A DNA stretch of 64,000 bases from an uncultured Chlamydiales bacterium (lineage in GTDB: Bacteria > Chlamydiota > Chlamydiia > Chlamydiales > JAAKFR01). Position numbers and translations under genes: made by a program. Shown here in pieces: positions 39,088 to 48,954 of this stretch (position 1 is its first letter; each line of letters begins with the position of its first letter). The stretch lies in the NCBI GenBank assembly GCA_963699155.1, contig OY969414.1:811757-875756 (forward strand), read 5' to 3'. Below the pieces are notes generated by a model that worked only from the letters and a program-made list of their open reading frames with translations, was not told the DNA's origin and ran no database searches.

Positions 39088-39816
39088 ATGCAGCAAAGTG
39101 AGTTGAAAATCCAGAAAATCCTTTATCTCGGTCTCGATGGCTCACGTTATCGGGGGGAAGGGGAGATCATCCATCTACCCATCATCGAGATTCTGCCAAA
39201 ATCTTTTGAAAAGGAGGTCAGAGAGGCTTTTTTAGCTCTTCACACCTTTTCTCATGTGTTACTGACGAGTCGGACAGCTGCAAAGCTCTATCTGGAATAT
39301 GGTCGATTGGGAGAACAGAACCTCTCAAAACCCACTTACATCATTGTGGGGAAGGCTACAGCAGAGATCCTCCAAAAAGAGGGCCTTCAGGTGGCATATG
39401 TTGCAGAAGAGGAGAGGGCTGAAGGGATGATCGACATAATGGAGAAAATGGACTTACGCGCAGCTCATCTCTTTCTTCCACGTTCATCCTTGGGAAGAGA
39501 TCTCATTCCGGAATACTGCCAGAAGAAAAAGATCTCTTTGAGGGTATTAGATCTTTATGAGACCAAACCGAAAGCTGTCCAGCTGCCCAACCTAGAGGAG
39601 ATCGACAAGATTATTTTTACAAGTCCATCGACTGTGGAGGCATTTTTTGCTCAGGCCCCGCGGCTTCCCAAACAGATTCAGTGCTGCCCCATCGGGCCGA
39701 TTACAGGAAAGGCTCTAGCAAAGTGGCTTATGCCGGAAATGTTTGACCAGCGCCACGCTCATGATGATCAAGCCAGCTGTGCCGGCGATGCTGAAGGCGG
39801 TGAAGAAGGCGCCTGA
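39088..39816 (+). CDS. hemD: Uroporphyrinogen-III synthase
   Basis: LTSR, VGKATA, LYET, FTSPSTV, IGPITG. Confidence 0.85.
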   Translation: MQQSELKIQKILYLGLDGSRYRGEGEIIHLPIIEILPKSFEKEVREAFLALHTFSHVLLTSRTAAKLYLEYGRLGEQNLSKPTYIIVGKATAEILQKEGLQVAYVAEEERAEGMIDIMEKMDLRAAHLFLPRSSLGRDLIPEYCQKKKISLRVLDLYETKPKAVQLPNLEEIDKIIFTSPSTVEAFFAQAPRLPKQIQCCPIGPITGKALAKWLMPEMFDQRHAHDDQASCAGDAEGGEEGA

Positions 39817-40008
39817 AGCTTCGGGGTAGTTCACCATCAATCCTGAGACCAGAATTGAGAAGGCGCAGATGATCACTAGAACAATGGCCAGTTGCGCTAC
39901 TTTTTTTGCCGTCAGGTCCCAAGTGGAGGGATTGAGAGGAAAAGTTGTCCAACAAGCACAAGAATCGCTAGGGGTTTTGACGGGGGAGAAAGTAACTGTT
40001 GCAGTCAT
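39715..40008 (-). CDS. Inc-like two-TM protein, paralog of 38654-39046
   Basis: Shared AQ.A..L.II....VS.LMV.YP.A...FFT.F...G pattern; AAGGA SD. Confidence 0.65.
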   Translation of the reverse strand: MTATVTFSPVKTPSDSCACWTTFPLNPSTWDLTAKKVAQLAIVLVIICAFSILVSGLMVNYPEASGAFFTAFSIAGTAGLIIMSVALVKHFRHKPLC

Positions 40009-40116
40009 ATTTTTTTCCTTTTTGTAAAGAGAGGGTCAAAATGCCAGAAAGGGATGACATTTTCAAGAAATTCTCTTATCCTCAGATCCAGAACCAACTT
40101 TTAGAGGAGATACCCT

Positions 40117-40749
40117 GTGGCGAAAAAATTTACTTTACCCAACCTGCCTTACGATTTTAACGCTCTTGAGCCTGTCATCAGTGCGGAGATCATGCAACTT
40201 CACTACCAGAAGCACCACAATGCTTATGTGACCAACCTCAATGCCGCTCTAGAAAAGTATAGTGCTGCTGAGGAAAAAGAAGATCTTTCGGCGATGATCT
40301 CTTTGCAGCCAGCCATCCGCTTCAACGGGGGCGGCCACATCAACCATAGTATCTTTTGGACCAACCTAGCCCCGAAAAACAAGGGTGGAGGCGAGGCTCC
40401 TACAGGAGAACTGGCCGACGCGATCAATCAGAGGTGGGGCTCTCTCAATGCATTGATTGAATATTTTAATAGCACGGCAGGGCCGATTCAAGGCTCTGGC
40501 TGGTGCTGGCTCGCCTATTGCAAAAATTCGAAGCAGTTGATGCTTCAAAACTGTGCCAACCAAGATCCTCTCGAGGGAACGACAGGGCTAATTCCCCTCC
40601 TCGGCATCGATGTCTGGGAGCACGCCTACTATCTTCAGTATAAAAATGTCCGCCCCGACTATCTGAAAGCGATCTGGCAGGTGGTCAACTGGGCCAATGT
40701 GGCCGAGCGCTACAAGAAAGTAGCCGAAGCCAAGGCTTACGCCAAGTAA
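40117..40749 (+). CDS. sod: Fe/Mn superoxide dismutase
   Basis: [18 protein letters not shown]. Confidence 0.96.
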   Translation: MAKKFTLPNLPYDFNALEPVISAEIMQLHYQKHHNAYVTNLNAALEKYSAAEEKEDLSAMISLQPAIRFNGGGHINHSIFWTNLAPKNKGGGEAPTGELADAINQRWGSLNALIEYFNSTAGPIQGSGWCWLAYCKNSKQLMLQNCANQDPLEGTTGLIPLLGIDVWEHAYYLQYKNVRPDYLKAIWQVVNWANVAERYKKVAEAKAYAK

Positions 40750-40774
40750 ATTTTTAACTCCTGATCCGCTTAGC

Positions 40775-40832
40775 AACCCTCCCGCTGTGAATTTTTTGAA
40801 AGTATCGAGAAGTCCAGCGGGACGGTTTTTTT
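40775..40832 (+). terminator. Large-loop hairpin with T-tract after sod
   Basis: AACCCTCCCGCTG / CAGCGGGACGGTT (12/13) followed by a T run. Confidence 0.45.
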
Positions 40833-40878
40833 GTATTTTACTAGGCGGTTTTCTTTTGATCTTTTATACTCGTTCTTT

Positions 40879-41814
40879 ATGCGTTTATTCTCTCGCGATA
40901 AGCCCAAAATAAAAGTTGAAACTACGAAGGCTGATGGATTCAGCGGCTGGCTCAAGTGCACCCACTGCCAAGAGATGATCCATACCAAAGAGCTCGCAGC
41001 CAATCTCAACTGCTGTCCGAAGTGCAATTACCATTATCGTCTCTCGGCGCGCGAGAGGATCGATAGTTTATGCGACGCGGGGAGCTTTGTCGAGATGTTC
41101 GATGAGCTGCGCCCCGTCGATGCGCTCAACTTTGTCGACACAGAAGCCTATCCAGATCGCCTCAAGAAGGCGCAGGCCAAAGCAGATGGGACAGAAGGGG
41201 TGATTGCCGGGAGCTGTTCGATCGAAGGGCACCGCACCGCTTTTGCAGCGCTCGACTTTAACTTCATGGCTGGCTCGATGGGGTCGGTTGTCGGGGAGCG
41301 GCTCACCCGCATGATCGAGCATGCGACCCTGGAAAAACTCCCTCTCATCATCGTTTCGGCTTCAGGGGGTGCGCGGATGCAAGAGTCGATTTTGTCTCTG
41401 ATGCAGATGGCCAAAACTTCCGCCGCTCTGGCCCGTTTCCACGAGGCGAAACTCCCTTTTATCTCGGTCTTGACCAACCCCACCTCGGGAGGGGTCACCG
41501 CCTCCTTTGCCTCCTTAGGGGATATCATCCTTGCGGAGCCCGACGCCCTCATCTGCTTTGCAGGACCGCGCGTGGTGGAGCAGGTCATCCGACAAAAGCT
41601 GCCTCCAGGTGCCCAGAAATCGGAATTTTTGCTGAAGCATGGCATGATCGACTGCATCGTCAAGCGGAAAGAGCTCAAAGAAAAATTGGTTCAATTTCTC
41701 GATTTCCTCACCCACAATCAGCGGGAATTTGTCACGATGCATGCGGCGCGGACCAAAAAAATTCCCTCAAAGAAGCTGCAAGAATTGTTTTTATTGACAG
41801 AAGAAACAGAATAG
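40879..41814 (+). CDS. accD: Acetyl-CoA carboxylase carboxyltransferase beta
   Basis: C4 zinc finger, GSMGSVVGE, SGGARMQE, FAGPRV. Confidence 0.96.
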   Translation: MRLFSRDKPKIKVETTKADGFSGWLKCTHCQEMIHTKELAANLNCCPKCNYHYRLSARERIDSLCDAGSFVEMFDELRPVDALNFVDTEAYPDRLKKAQAKADGTEGVIAGSCSIEGHRTAFAALDFNFMAGSMGSVVGERLTRMIEHATLEKLPLIIVSASGGARMQESILSLMQMAKTSAALARFHEAKLPFISVLTNPTSGGVTASFASLGDIILAEPDALICFAGPRVVEQVIRQKLPPGAQKSEFLLKHGMIDCIVKRKELKEKLVQFLDFLTHNQREFVTMHAARTKKIPSKKLQELFLLTEETE

Positions 41815-41832
41815 GGGAGTATTCTCTCTGTT

Positions 41833-42267
41833 ATGGATGTTGAGATTCTAGTCCTTACAGATCAAGCGCTGCCCGAGTATGCTACGGATGAGTCTGCGGG
41901 TGCCGATGTACGGGCCCGTCTGGCAGAGCCTCTCACTATCCCTCCAGCGACATCGGCCCTGATCCCTACGGGACTCTTTTTTGAAATCCCCAAAGGTTTC
42001 GAAATTCAGATCCGTCCACGCAGTGGCCTCGCGTTAAAACATCAGATCACCGTGCTCAACTCCCCTGGGACGATCGATGCCGACTATAGGGGAGAGCTGA
42101 AAGTCATTCTGATCAATCATGGGAAGGAGCCCTTTGTCATTGAACCTGGAATGCGGATTGCCCAAATTGTGGTGGCCACTGTTATTCAAGCCTGCTTTAT
42201 TCCGGCGGCCGCCTTGACAGCGAGCGGCAGGGGATCCGGTGGTTTTGGCCATACAGGAGTCAAATAG
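41833..42267 (+). CDS. dut: dUTPase
   Basis: [30 protein letters not shown]. Confidence 0.96.
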   Translation: MDVEILVLTDQALPEYATDESAGADVRARLAEPLTIPPATSALIPTGLFFEIPKGFEIQIRPRSGLALKHQITVLNSPGTIDADYRGELKVILINHGKEPFVIEPGMRIAQIVVATVIQACFIPAAALTASGRGSGGFGHTGVK

Positions 42268-42756
42268 ATGTTCCCTCCCAAACAGAGAAGCGATCGCGGG
42301 GTGCCCTCGCTGCTGATTTCCAAATATCTCAACCCCAAGTTAGTGACTCACCTGAAAGTGGATGAGCGGGACGAGGCCTTGAGCGTGCTCGTCAACCTCC
42401 TCGCTACAGAAGGGAAGCTGATCGACAAAGAGGCCTTCCACCAAGCGATTCTGGAGAGAGAGCGGATTGTCTCGACCGGAATCGGCATGGGGGTCGCGGT
42501 GCCTCACGCCAAACTCTCAGGCTATTCCACCTTTTTTATCGCCATCGGGATCCATCAGAAAGGGATTCCTTGGGATGCTCTCGATGGGGTTCCTGTCCGC
42601 CTCGTCTTCATGATCGGCGGGCCCGATGACAAACAGACCGAATACCTTCAGCTCTTGTCTCGTTTAACACTCGCTATTAAAGATGAAGAAAGGCGCAAAA
42701 AAATGTTGCAATTGAACAAGGCCGAAGACATTATTGCCCTTTTTAGGGGGATTTGA
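42268..42756 (+). CDS. ptsN: PTS EIIA (PtsN-like)
   Basis: RE..STGIGMGVAVPH. Confidence 0.88.
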   Translation: MFPPKQRSDRGVPSLLISKYLNPKLVTHLKVDERDEALSVLVNLLATEGKLIDKEAFHQAILERERIVSTGIGMGVAVPHAKLSGYSTFFIAIGIHQKGIPWDALDGVPVRLVFMIGGPDDKQTEYLQLLSRLTLAIKDEERRKKMLQLNKAEDIIALFRGI

Positions 42757-43436
42757 TGGATTTAAAAATTAAAGATGTTGCAGAGCTTTTAAATATTTCT
42801 GAATCGACAGTACGTCGTTGGCTGATCGAGGGCAAGATACCTGCCTATCGCCTCAACAAGCAGTACCGCTTCAGCAGATCCGAAATTGAGGATTGGCTTC
42901 TCCAGCAAAAGCTCGATGTCAACTTCTCTGAAAGCTCTCCCGAGACAGAAAAAGCCGCTTCCAATTTACAATTTAGCCTCTACAGGGCCATCTACAGAGG
43001 CTCTGTCCATGAAGGGATGAAAGGATCCTCCAAAGAGCAGATCTTCCGCAACACGATGCAGAGCATGGCAACCCGCTTCAATCTCGACTCCAGTGTGCTC
43101 ACCGACCTTTTTCTCGACCGCGAGAAGATGATGCCGACCACCCTCGGCCATGGGATCGGCATGCCCCACACACGCGACTTCCTTCTCGACACCCACTACG
43201 ATGTCATCGAAGTGGTCTATCCCGAAAAGCCCATTCCCTATGGTGCTCTCGATGGCGAGCCCGTCCACATCCTCTTTTTCCTCTTCGCCAGTGAAGATCG
43301 CCACCACCTCAATCTCGTCGCCAAGCTGGCCAACCTCTGCAATCAGGAAAAGGCCCGCGAATTCTTCAAAACCAAACCCAGCAAAGAGCGTCTCCTCGAC
43401 TACGTCAAACAGTGGGAAAGCGCCCTCAGCGGTTAG
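42756..43436 (+). CDS. ptsN: HTH-fused PTS EIIA (PtsN-like)
   Basis: Excisionase-type HTH plus RE..PTTLGHGIGMPH. Confidence 0.85.
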   Translation: MDLKIKDVAELLNISESTVRRWLIEGKIPAYRLNKQYRFSRSEIEDWLLQQKLDVNFSESSPETEKAASNLQFSLYRAIYRGSVHEGMKGSSKEQIFRNTMQSMATRFNLDSSVLTDLFLDREKMMPTTLGHGIGMPHTRDFLLDTHYDVIEVVYPEKPIPYGALDGEPVHILFFLFASEDRHHLNLVAKLANLCNQEKAREFFKTKPSKERLLDYVKQWESALSG

Positions 43437-43437
43437 T

Positions 43438-43863
43438 CTACTTTGAATCTAGAGACAGATATCCGGGAAGCGGCCGCGCCGCTGCCTGCTTTACAGTAGA
43501 GGGAATCTGGAAGTAAACACTTCTTTTCTCCTCTGCCACTGGCTCGAATGAGGATGCAATGAAATATCCCCCTACACTGATGGCTATCATCCCTAAAGGT
43601 ATAATCATCATCGCCCCAGGAAAAATACCAAGAATTATCTTGGTGTGCAAAGGAACATTAGCAGTTATCAAATACTTGATCAGGAACGTGCCTAGTGTCC
43701 CAATAATGGCGAGTCCGAGTGCGATGAGAGCGGCACCGCCCACTGCCTTCGCAATCATGATGCACCTTGCCTTCTTCCCCTCATCGGTGAGGCCATCTGA
43801 TCCATATAAAGCATGTGCTTGAAAGAGAGAACACTTTTCAGGAAAGTAACTATTAATAGACAT
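43438..43863 (-). CDS. Inc-like membrane protein, tandem copy 2
   Basis: Hydrophobic core; ends nearly identical to 43863-44285. Confidence 0.7.
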   Translation of the reverse strand: MSINSYFPEKCSLFQAHALYGSDGLTDEGKKARCIMIAKAVGGAALIALGLAIIGTLGTFLIKYLITANVPLHTKIILGIFPGAMMIIPLGMIAISVGGYFIASSFEPVAEEKRSVYFQIPSTVKQAAARPLPGYLSLDSK

Positions 43864-44285
43864 TATTTAACCTTCTTTGAATCGTAATCTAAAGATAAAT
43901 AGTCAGGCAGCGGGCGCGCTGTGGCCTGCTTTGCAGAGGGAATCTGGAAGTAGACGCTTCTTTTCTCCTCTGAAACTGGCTCGAACAAAGGTTTAATGAG
44001 CGCTCCTCCTCCAATGATAATAGGTAACAATAACAATGCGCCTATCATAAGTGTCCCTCCCACTAGATTAAAAAATACCCTCGCCTGCCACATTGCCTTG
44101 TTTATGAGCGTGAAGCCTATCCCAATAATGGCAAGTCCGAGTGCGATGAGAGCGGCGCCACCCACTGCCTTCGCAATCATGATGCACCTTGCCTTCTTCC
44201 CCTCATCGGTGAGGCCATCTGATCCATATAAAGCATGTGCTTGAAAGATAGAGCACTTTTCAGAAAAGTAACTATTAATAGACAT
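43863..44285 (-). CDS. Inc-like membrane protein, tandem copy 1
   Basis: Hydrophobic core; TAATG coupling to copy 2. Confidence 0.7.
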   Translation of the reverse strand: MSINSYFSEKCSIFQAHALYGSDGLTDEGKKARCIMIAKAVGGAALIALGLAIIGIGFTLINKAMWQARVFFNLVGGTLMIGALLLLPIIIGGGALIKPLFEPVSEEKRSVYFQIPSAKQATARPLPDYLSLDYDSKKVK

Positions 44286-44390
44286 TATTAAACCCCCAAG
44301 TAATTTAGATTAATTATAAAGTTAATATATTAATATGTAATTAAGATAACCTATCCAAAGATCTCAATCTTTTGTTATAATGCTCTTCCT

Positions 44391-45434
44391 ATGGAAACAG
44401 TCGTTGTAGGGATGTCGGGGGGTGTCGATTCGTCGGTCACGGCGCTATTGCTCAAGAGCCAAGGTTACCGCGTCATTGGCCTCTTCATGAAGAACTGGGA
44501 GGAGGAGGGGCCCTGTCCTGCTGAGCAGGATTATCAGGATGTGGTGGCCGTCTGCAACCAGCTGGACATTCCCCACTATGCAGTCAATTTTTCCAAGGAG
44601 TATTGGGAAGAGGTCTTTGTCAAATGTCTGAACGATTTTAGAGCTGGCTACACACCCAATCCCGACATCTTGTGTAACCGCGAGATCAAATTTAAAGTTT
44701 TTTTTCAAAAAGCGCTGGAGCTGGGAGCCGATTACCTGGCGACGGGCCACTACTGCCGTAAGATTTGGTATCAAGATGAGTGGATCTTAGGGCGTGGTGT
44801 CGATCCTGAAAAAGATCAGAGCTACTTCCTCTACACTCTAAAAAGTGCCACTCTCGATCGGGTTCTCTTTCCTCTTGGAGAAATGACTAAGAAAGAGGTA
44901 CGTACCCTTGCAGCCGAGTCAGGCCTTGCAACGGCGACAAAAAAAGATAGCACCGGCATCTGCTTCATCGGCAAAAGAGACTTCAAGAGCTTTCTCAGCC
45001 ACTATATTCCTACTCAGCCCGGTAATTTTGAGCTGACAGATGGCACAGTTGTCGGCAGACATGATGGCATCGCCTATTATACAATCGGCCAAAGGCGTGG
45101 TCTAGGTCTTGGCGGCGCTGGAGAAGCCTGGTATGTGCTCAAAAAAGAGAGCTCCCGCAACGCCATCATCGTCGCCCGCGGTGACGACCATCCCGACCTC
45201 CACCACTCCTCTCTCACTGCCTCCGAAGTCAGCTGGGTCGGCCAAACGCCTCCCTTCCCTCTCCAGTGCACCGCCAAAATCCGCTACCGAGCTCCCGATG
45301 TACCCTGCAGAGTCCTCTCCCATGGCGACCATCTAGAAGTCCGCTTTGACACCCCCCAAAAAGCCATCACCTCTCGCCAGTCGATCGTCTTTTACCAAGG
45401 CGATCTCTGCCTCGGCGGCGCCCTCGTCGATTAG
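44391..45434 (+). CDS. mnmA: tRNA 2-thiouridylase MnmA
   Basis: MSGGVDS, PNPDILCN, KDQSYFL, DSTGICF, CLGG. Confidence 0.97.
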   Translation: METVVVGMSGGVDSSVTALLLKSQGYRVIGLFMKNWEEEGPCPAEQDYQDVVAVCNQLDIPHYAVNFSKEYWEEVFVKCLNDFRAGYTPNPDILCNREIKFKVFFQKALELGADYLATGHYCRKIWYQDEWILGRGVDPEKDQSYFLYTLKSATLDRVLFPLGEMTKKEVRTLAAESGLATATKKDSTGICFIGKRDFKSFLSHYIPTQPGNFELTDGTVVGRHDGIAYYTIGQRRGLGLGGAGEAWYVLKKESSRNAIIVARGDDHPDLHHSSLTASEVSWVGQTPPFPLQCTAKIRYRAPDVPCRVLSHGDHLEVRFDTPQKAITSRQSIVFYQGDLCLGGALVD

Positions 45435-45466
45435 GTTTTTAAAATTTGATTCCTCAAAATTATCGC

Positions 45467-45485
45467 ATTATCATATAATGATAAT
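45467..45485. promoter_or_regulatory. Putative HigA operator overlapping TATAAT
   Basis: ATTATCAT-ATA-ATGATAAT perfect palindrome. Confidence 0.6.
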
Positions 45486-45487
45486 AA

Positions 45488-45781
45488 ATGATAAGCAGTT
45501 TTTTCGACCAACTAACAGAAGATGTGTTTGATGGGAAAAACACTAAACACACGCAAAAGCGACTTCCTGCCCATCTACACGTAATAGCTAGAAGAAAATT
45601 GGACATGCTAAATGCAGCTGCGGTTCTTAGCGATTTAAGAGTTCCTCCAAGTAATAAAGTGGAGAAGCTACGAGGAGAAAGACAGCATCAGCATAGTATC
45701 CGCATCAATGACCAATATCGCATTGTTTTTACCTGGATTGATGGAACTGCTGAAGATGTAGAAATAGTTGATTACCATTAG
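45488..45781 (+). CDS. higB: HigB/RelE-family toxin
   Basis: DLRVPPSN..EKL, SIRINDQYRIVF, EIVDYH. Confidence 0.93.
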   Translation: MISSFFDQLTEDVFDGKNTKHTQKRLPAHLHVIARRKLDMLNAAAVLSDLRVPPSNKVEKLRGERQHQHSIRINDQYRIVFTWIDGTAEDVEIVDYH

Positions 45782-45789
45782 GAGAAGAT

Positions 45790-46083
45790 ATGTTATTACC
45801 AAAGCAAAGAAAACCAACACATCCGGGTGAAATTCTTCAGGAAGAATTTTTAAAACCATTGGGTTTGTCACAAGCTCAATTTGCACGTCATCTTGGTTGG
45901 ACTTATGCAAAATTGAATGAAATTATCCGTGAAAAACGTGGCATAACCCCAGATTCAGCACTTGATCTTTCGATGGCCTTGGGAACATCTCCTATGTTTT
46001 GGTTGAACTTACAGTTATGCTATGATTTGTGGGAGGCTTCCCAACACAAACGTGAAATAGAGCCATTGAAAATGGCAAGCTAA
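45790..46083 (+). CDS. higA: HigA antitoxin
   Basis: HPGEILQEEFL, HTH, FWLNLQ..YDL. Confidence 0.93.
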   Translation: MLLPKQRKPTHPGEILQEEFLKPLGLSQAQFARHLGWTYAKLNEIIREKRGITPDSALDLSMALGTSPMFWLNLQLCYDLWEASQHKREIEPLKMAS

Positions 46084-46111
46084 TGAAGATCTCTGCCTCG
46101 GCGGCGCCCTC

Positions 46112-46234
46112 ATCTGTTTTTAAATAGGCGGTAGAACCCCCGATCCCCAAAAGAAAGTGCCTTCCCATCTGGAATAAAAATTCAGGATCATACTTAAAAT
46201 GTGGCCAGCCAGGCAGCTCCCAATTCCAGGGCAT
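46112..46234 (-). pseudogene. N-terminal remnant of a DUF4172-type Fic protein
   Basis: MPWNWELPGWPHFKYD; similarity ends at the mnmA duplicate; operator-like palindrome 46234-46262. Confidence 0.6.
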
Positions 46235-46323
46235 GAGTGATAGAACCTTCTTCTATAACTCAAAATTAAGGCAAAAAATGATTTATAGAACAAGGCGCTA
46301 TATTCGCGCGTGGAGGAGTTTCA

Positions 46324-48804
46324 TCAGGGGGCATTAGAGGGGATCAGGTGCTCCTGCTCGTCGAATTCGAGTTTATCATCTTTGAGTTTGATGAAGTACC
46401 TGCGCATTTCGCCGGGGTTGCGGATGAGCCGCTCGGCGAGAGGGTCTTCCACATACTGCTCGATGACGCGACGTAAGGGGCGAGCTCCCATTTCGGGGAG
46501 GTTGCCCATCTTGACGAGGTGGTGGATCGCCTCTTCGTTGATATCGACATAGATATGATGTTTGGCAAGCCGTTTCTTGACCTTTTCGATTTCGAGATGG
46601 ACGATTTCGGAAAGGGCCTCTTCGTCCAGCGGTTTAAAGATGACTGTGCCATCGAGTCGGTTGAGGAATTCGGGCTTGAGGTGCTTCTTCATCGCCGATT
46701 CGATCTTCTCTTTGATATCTTTATAATCGAGCGCCGATTTAGCGCCGAAACCTATCGAGCTCGATTTGCGGATGAGGTCGGCCCCTAGGTTCGAGGTCAT
46801 GATGACGATCGCATGGCGGAAGTCGACTTTGCGACCGAAAGAGTCGCTCAGACGACCCTCTTCGAGGATCTGGAGAAGAAGATCCATCACATCGGGGTGC
46901 GCCTTTTCAATCTCATCGAAAAGAACGACGCAGTAAGGGCGCTGACGCACCTGCTCGGTCAGTTGGCCGCCCTCTTCGTGGCCGACATAGCCAGGAGGGG
47001 AGCCGGTCATGCGGCTGACCGCAAATTTCTCCATGTATTCCGACATGTCGACTTGGATCAGGGCATCTTCGCCACCATACATATGGGTAGCGAGAAGGCG
47101 GGCCAGATGTGTTTTACCCACACCTGTAGGGCCTAAAAAGAGAAAGGAGCCAGTCGGGCGATTAGGATCTTTGATCCCGGTTCTGCCTCGCCGAATAGCC
47201 CTGCAGACCACATCGACCGCTTCATCTTGACCGATGATTTGGGAGCGCAGTTTCTCTTCCATCTTGAGCAGCTTCTGTGTCTCTTCTTCGGTCAGTCGGG
47301 TGACCGGAATGCCGGTTTGGGAAGCGACGACTTGAGCTACCGCATCTTCATCCACAGGCACCTGATGTTCATCTTTATGGGTCTCCCATTCGGTGCGGAT
47401 CGATTGCAGTTTTTCTCGTTGTTTCTTCTCATCATCGCGCAGACGGGCCGCTTTCTCATACTCTTGAGTACTGATCGCTTTCTCTTTGGCTCGGCGCGTC
47501 TCCTCGATCTGACTTTCGAGTTTGGCGATATCAGTTGGCTGATTCATCATCGAAACCCGCATGCGGGCGCCCGCCTCATCGAGGAGGTCTATCGCTTTAT
47601 CAGGTAGGAAGCGGCCGTGGATGTAGCGATCGGAGAGAATCGCAGCAGCCTGTAGGGCTTCATCGGTGATCACTACATTGTGGTGTTCTTCATACTTTTT
47701 CTTGAGACCTCGCAAGATTTCAATCGTATCATCCACGCTAGGTGGTGCTACGACAATCTTTTGGAAGCGACGCTCCAGTGCAGCATCCTTTTCGATATGT
47801 TTGCGGAATTCATCGAGAGTGGTCGCACCGATACACTGCAACTCACCGCGAGAGAGAGCTGGCTTCAAGATGTTCGAAGCATCGATCGCTCCCTCGGCAG
47901 CACCTGCTCCCACAATGGTGTGGAGCTCATCGATGAAGAGAAGAATGTTTCCATGCTTCTTGATCTCATCCATGACCGCTTTGATGCGCTCCTCAAACTG
48001 GCCGCGGTATTTTGTTCCCGCAATCATGAGGGCGAGATCGAGAGTAATCAATTTTTTCTTGCGGAGATTATCAGGCACTTCGCCCTTGACAATTCTCTGT
48101 GCGAGCCCTTCCACGATAGCCGTCTTGCCGACACCCGCTTCACCGATCAGGACAGGGTTATTTTTGCGACGTCTGCAGAGAATCAAAATCAGACGCTCCA
48201 CCTCTTGATTGCGGCCAATGACGGGATCGAGCTTATTCTCGCGGCTCATCTCCGTGAGATCGTAGCCGTAGGCGCGCAAAGCAGGCAATTTTTCCGAATT
48301 TTTTTCTGAGGCTTTGGCCGATCCACCACCTCCAGCGCCTCCTCCGGCCGGTGGAAGCTGTAGATTGAAAGTTTCCAATTCGCGCAAAACCTCTTTACGC
48401 ACCTCCTGGAGGTCAACATTGAGATTTTCGAGCACTTGGGCAGCGACACCATCGGTTTGACGCAAGAGGCCAAGAAGCAGATGTTCAGTTCCTACATAGT
48501 TATGGCCCAGGTTGGTCGCCTCTTCGTTGGCATACTCGAAGACCTTTTTGACACGGCCCGTCAACGCAGGATCTCCGTAGACCTGGATCTCAGGTCCATA
48601 GCCGACCAGCCGCTCCACCTCTTGCCGCACCGTCTCGAAATCGAGACCAAGATTCCGCAGTACATTGACAGCGACTCCTTGTCCCAATTTGAGCAGCCCC
48701 AACAGGAGATGTTCTGTTCCTAAATAATTATGATTCAGTCGCTGGGCCTCTTTTTTTGCCAGCTTGATGACCTGTTTTGCGCGATTCGTAAATTTATCAA
48801 ACAT
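46324..48804 (-). CDS. clpC: ATP-dependent Clp protease ATPase ClpC
   Basis: Clp-N repeats, [11 protein letters not shown] coiled coil, [15 protein letters not shown]. Confidence 0.96.
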   Translation of the reverse strand: MFDKFTNRAKQVIKLAKKEAQRLNHNYLGTEHLLLGLLKLGQGVAVNVLRNLGLDFETVRQEVERLVGYGPEIQVYGDPALTGRVKKVFEYANEEATNLGHNYVGTEHLLLGLLRQTDGVAAQVLENLNVDLQEVRKEVLRELETFNLQLPPAGGGAGGGGSAKASEKNSEKLPALRAYGYDLTEMSRENKLDPVIGRNQEVERLILILCRRRKNNPVLIGEAGVGKTAIVEGLAQRIVKGEVPDNLRKKKLITLDLALMIAGTKYRGQFEERIKAVMDEIKKHGNILLFIDELHTIVGAGAAEGAIDASNILKPALSRGELQCIGATTLDEFRKHIEKDAALERRFQKIVVAPPSVDDTIEILRGLKKKYEEHHNVVITDEALQAAAILSDRYIHGRFLPDKAIDLLDEAGARMRVSMMNQPTDIAKLESQIEETRRAKEKAISTQEYEKAARLRDDEKKQREKLQSIRTEWETHKDEHQVPVDEDAVAQVVASQTGIPVTRLTEEETQKLLKMEEKLRSQIIGQDEAVDVVCRAIRRGRTGIKDPNRPTGSFLFLGPTGVGKTHLARLLATHMYGGEDALIQVDMSEYMEKFAVSRMTGSPPGYVGHEEGGQLTEQVRQRPYCVVLFDEIEKAHPDVMDLLLQILEEGRLSDSFGRKVDFRHAIVIMTSNLGADLIRKSSSIGFGAKSALDYKDIKEKIESAMKKHLKPEFLNRLDGTVIFKPLDEEALSEIVHLEIEKVKKRLAKHHIYVDINEEAIHHLVKMGNLPEMGARPLRRVIEQYVEDPLAERLIRNPGEMRRYFIKLKDDKLEFDEQEHLIPSNAP

Positions 48805-48954
48805 AAGCGTTCTCGTTTAAAGTGTACCATATACGAAATGGGCAATAATTCGGCAACAGTATAACCCTATTTTAGCTGCAATCGAACTTTTTCTAGAAAA
48901 AAACATTTACAAGGAATATTTTACTTTAAAAATTGCGTTAAGACGAGGTTTGCA

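Larger units (their letters stand above)
45402..46111. mobile_element. HigBA mini-island bounded by 24-bp direct repeats of the mnmA 3' end
   Basis: GATCTCTGCCTCGGCGGCGCCCTC at 45402-45425 and 46088-46111; AT-rich interior. Confidence 0.75.
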
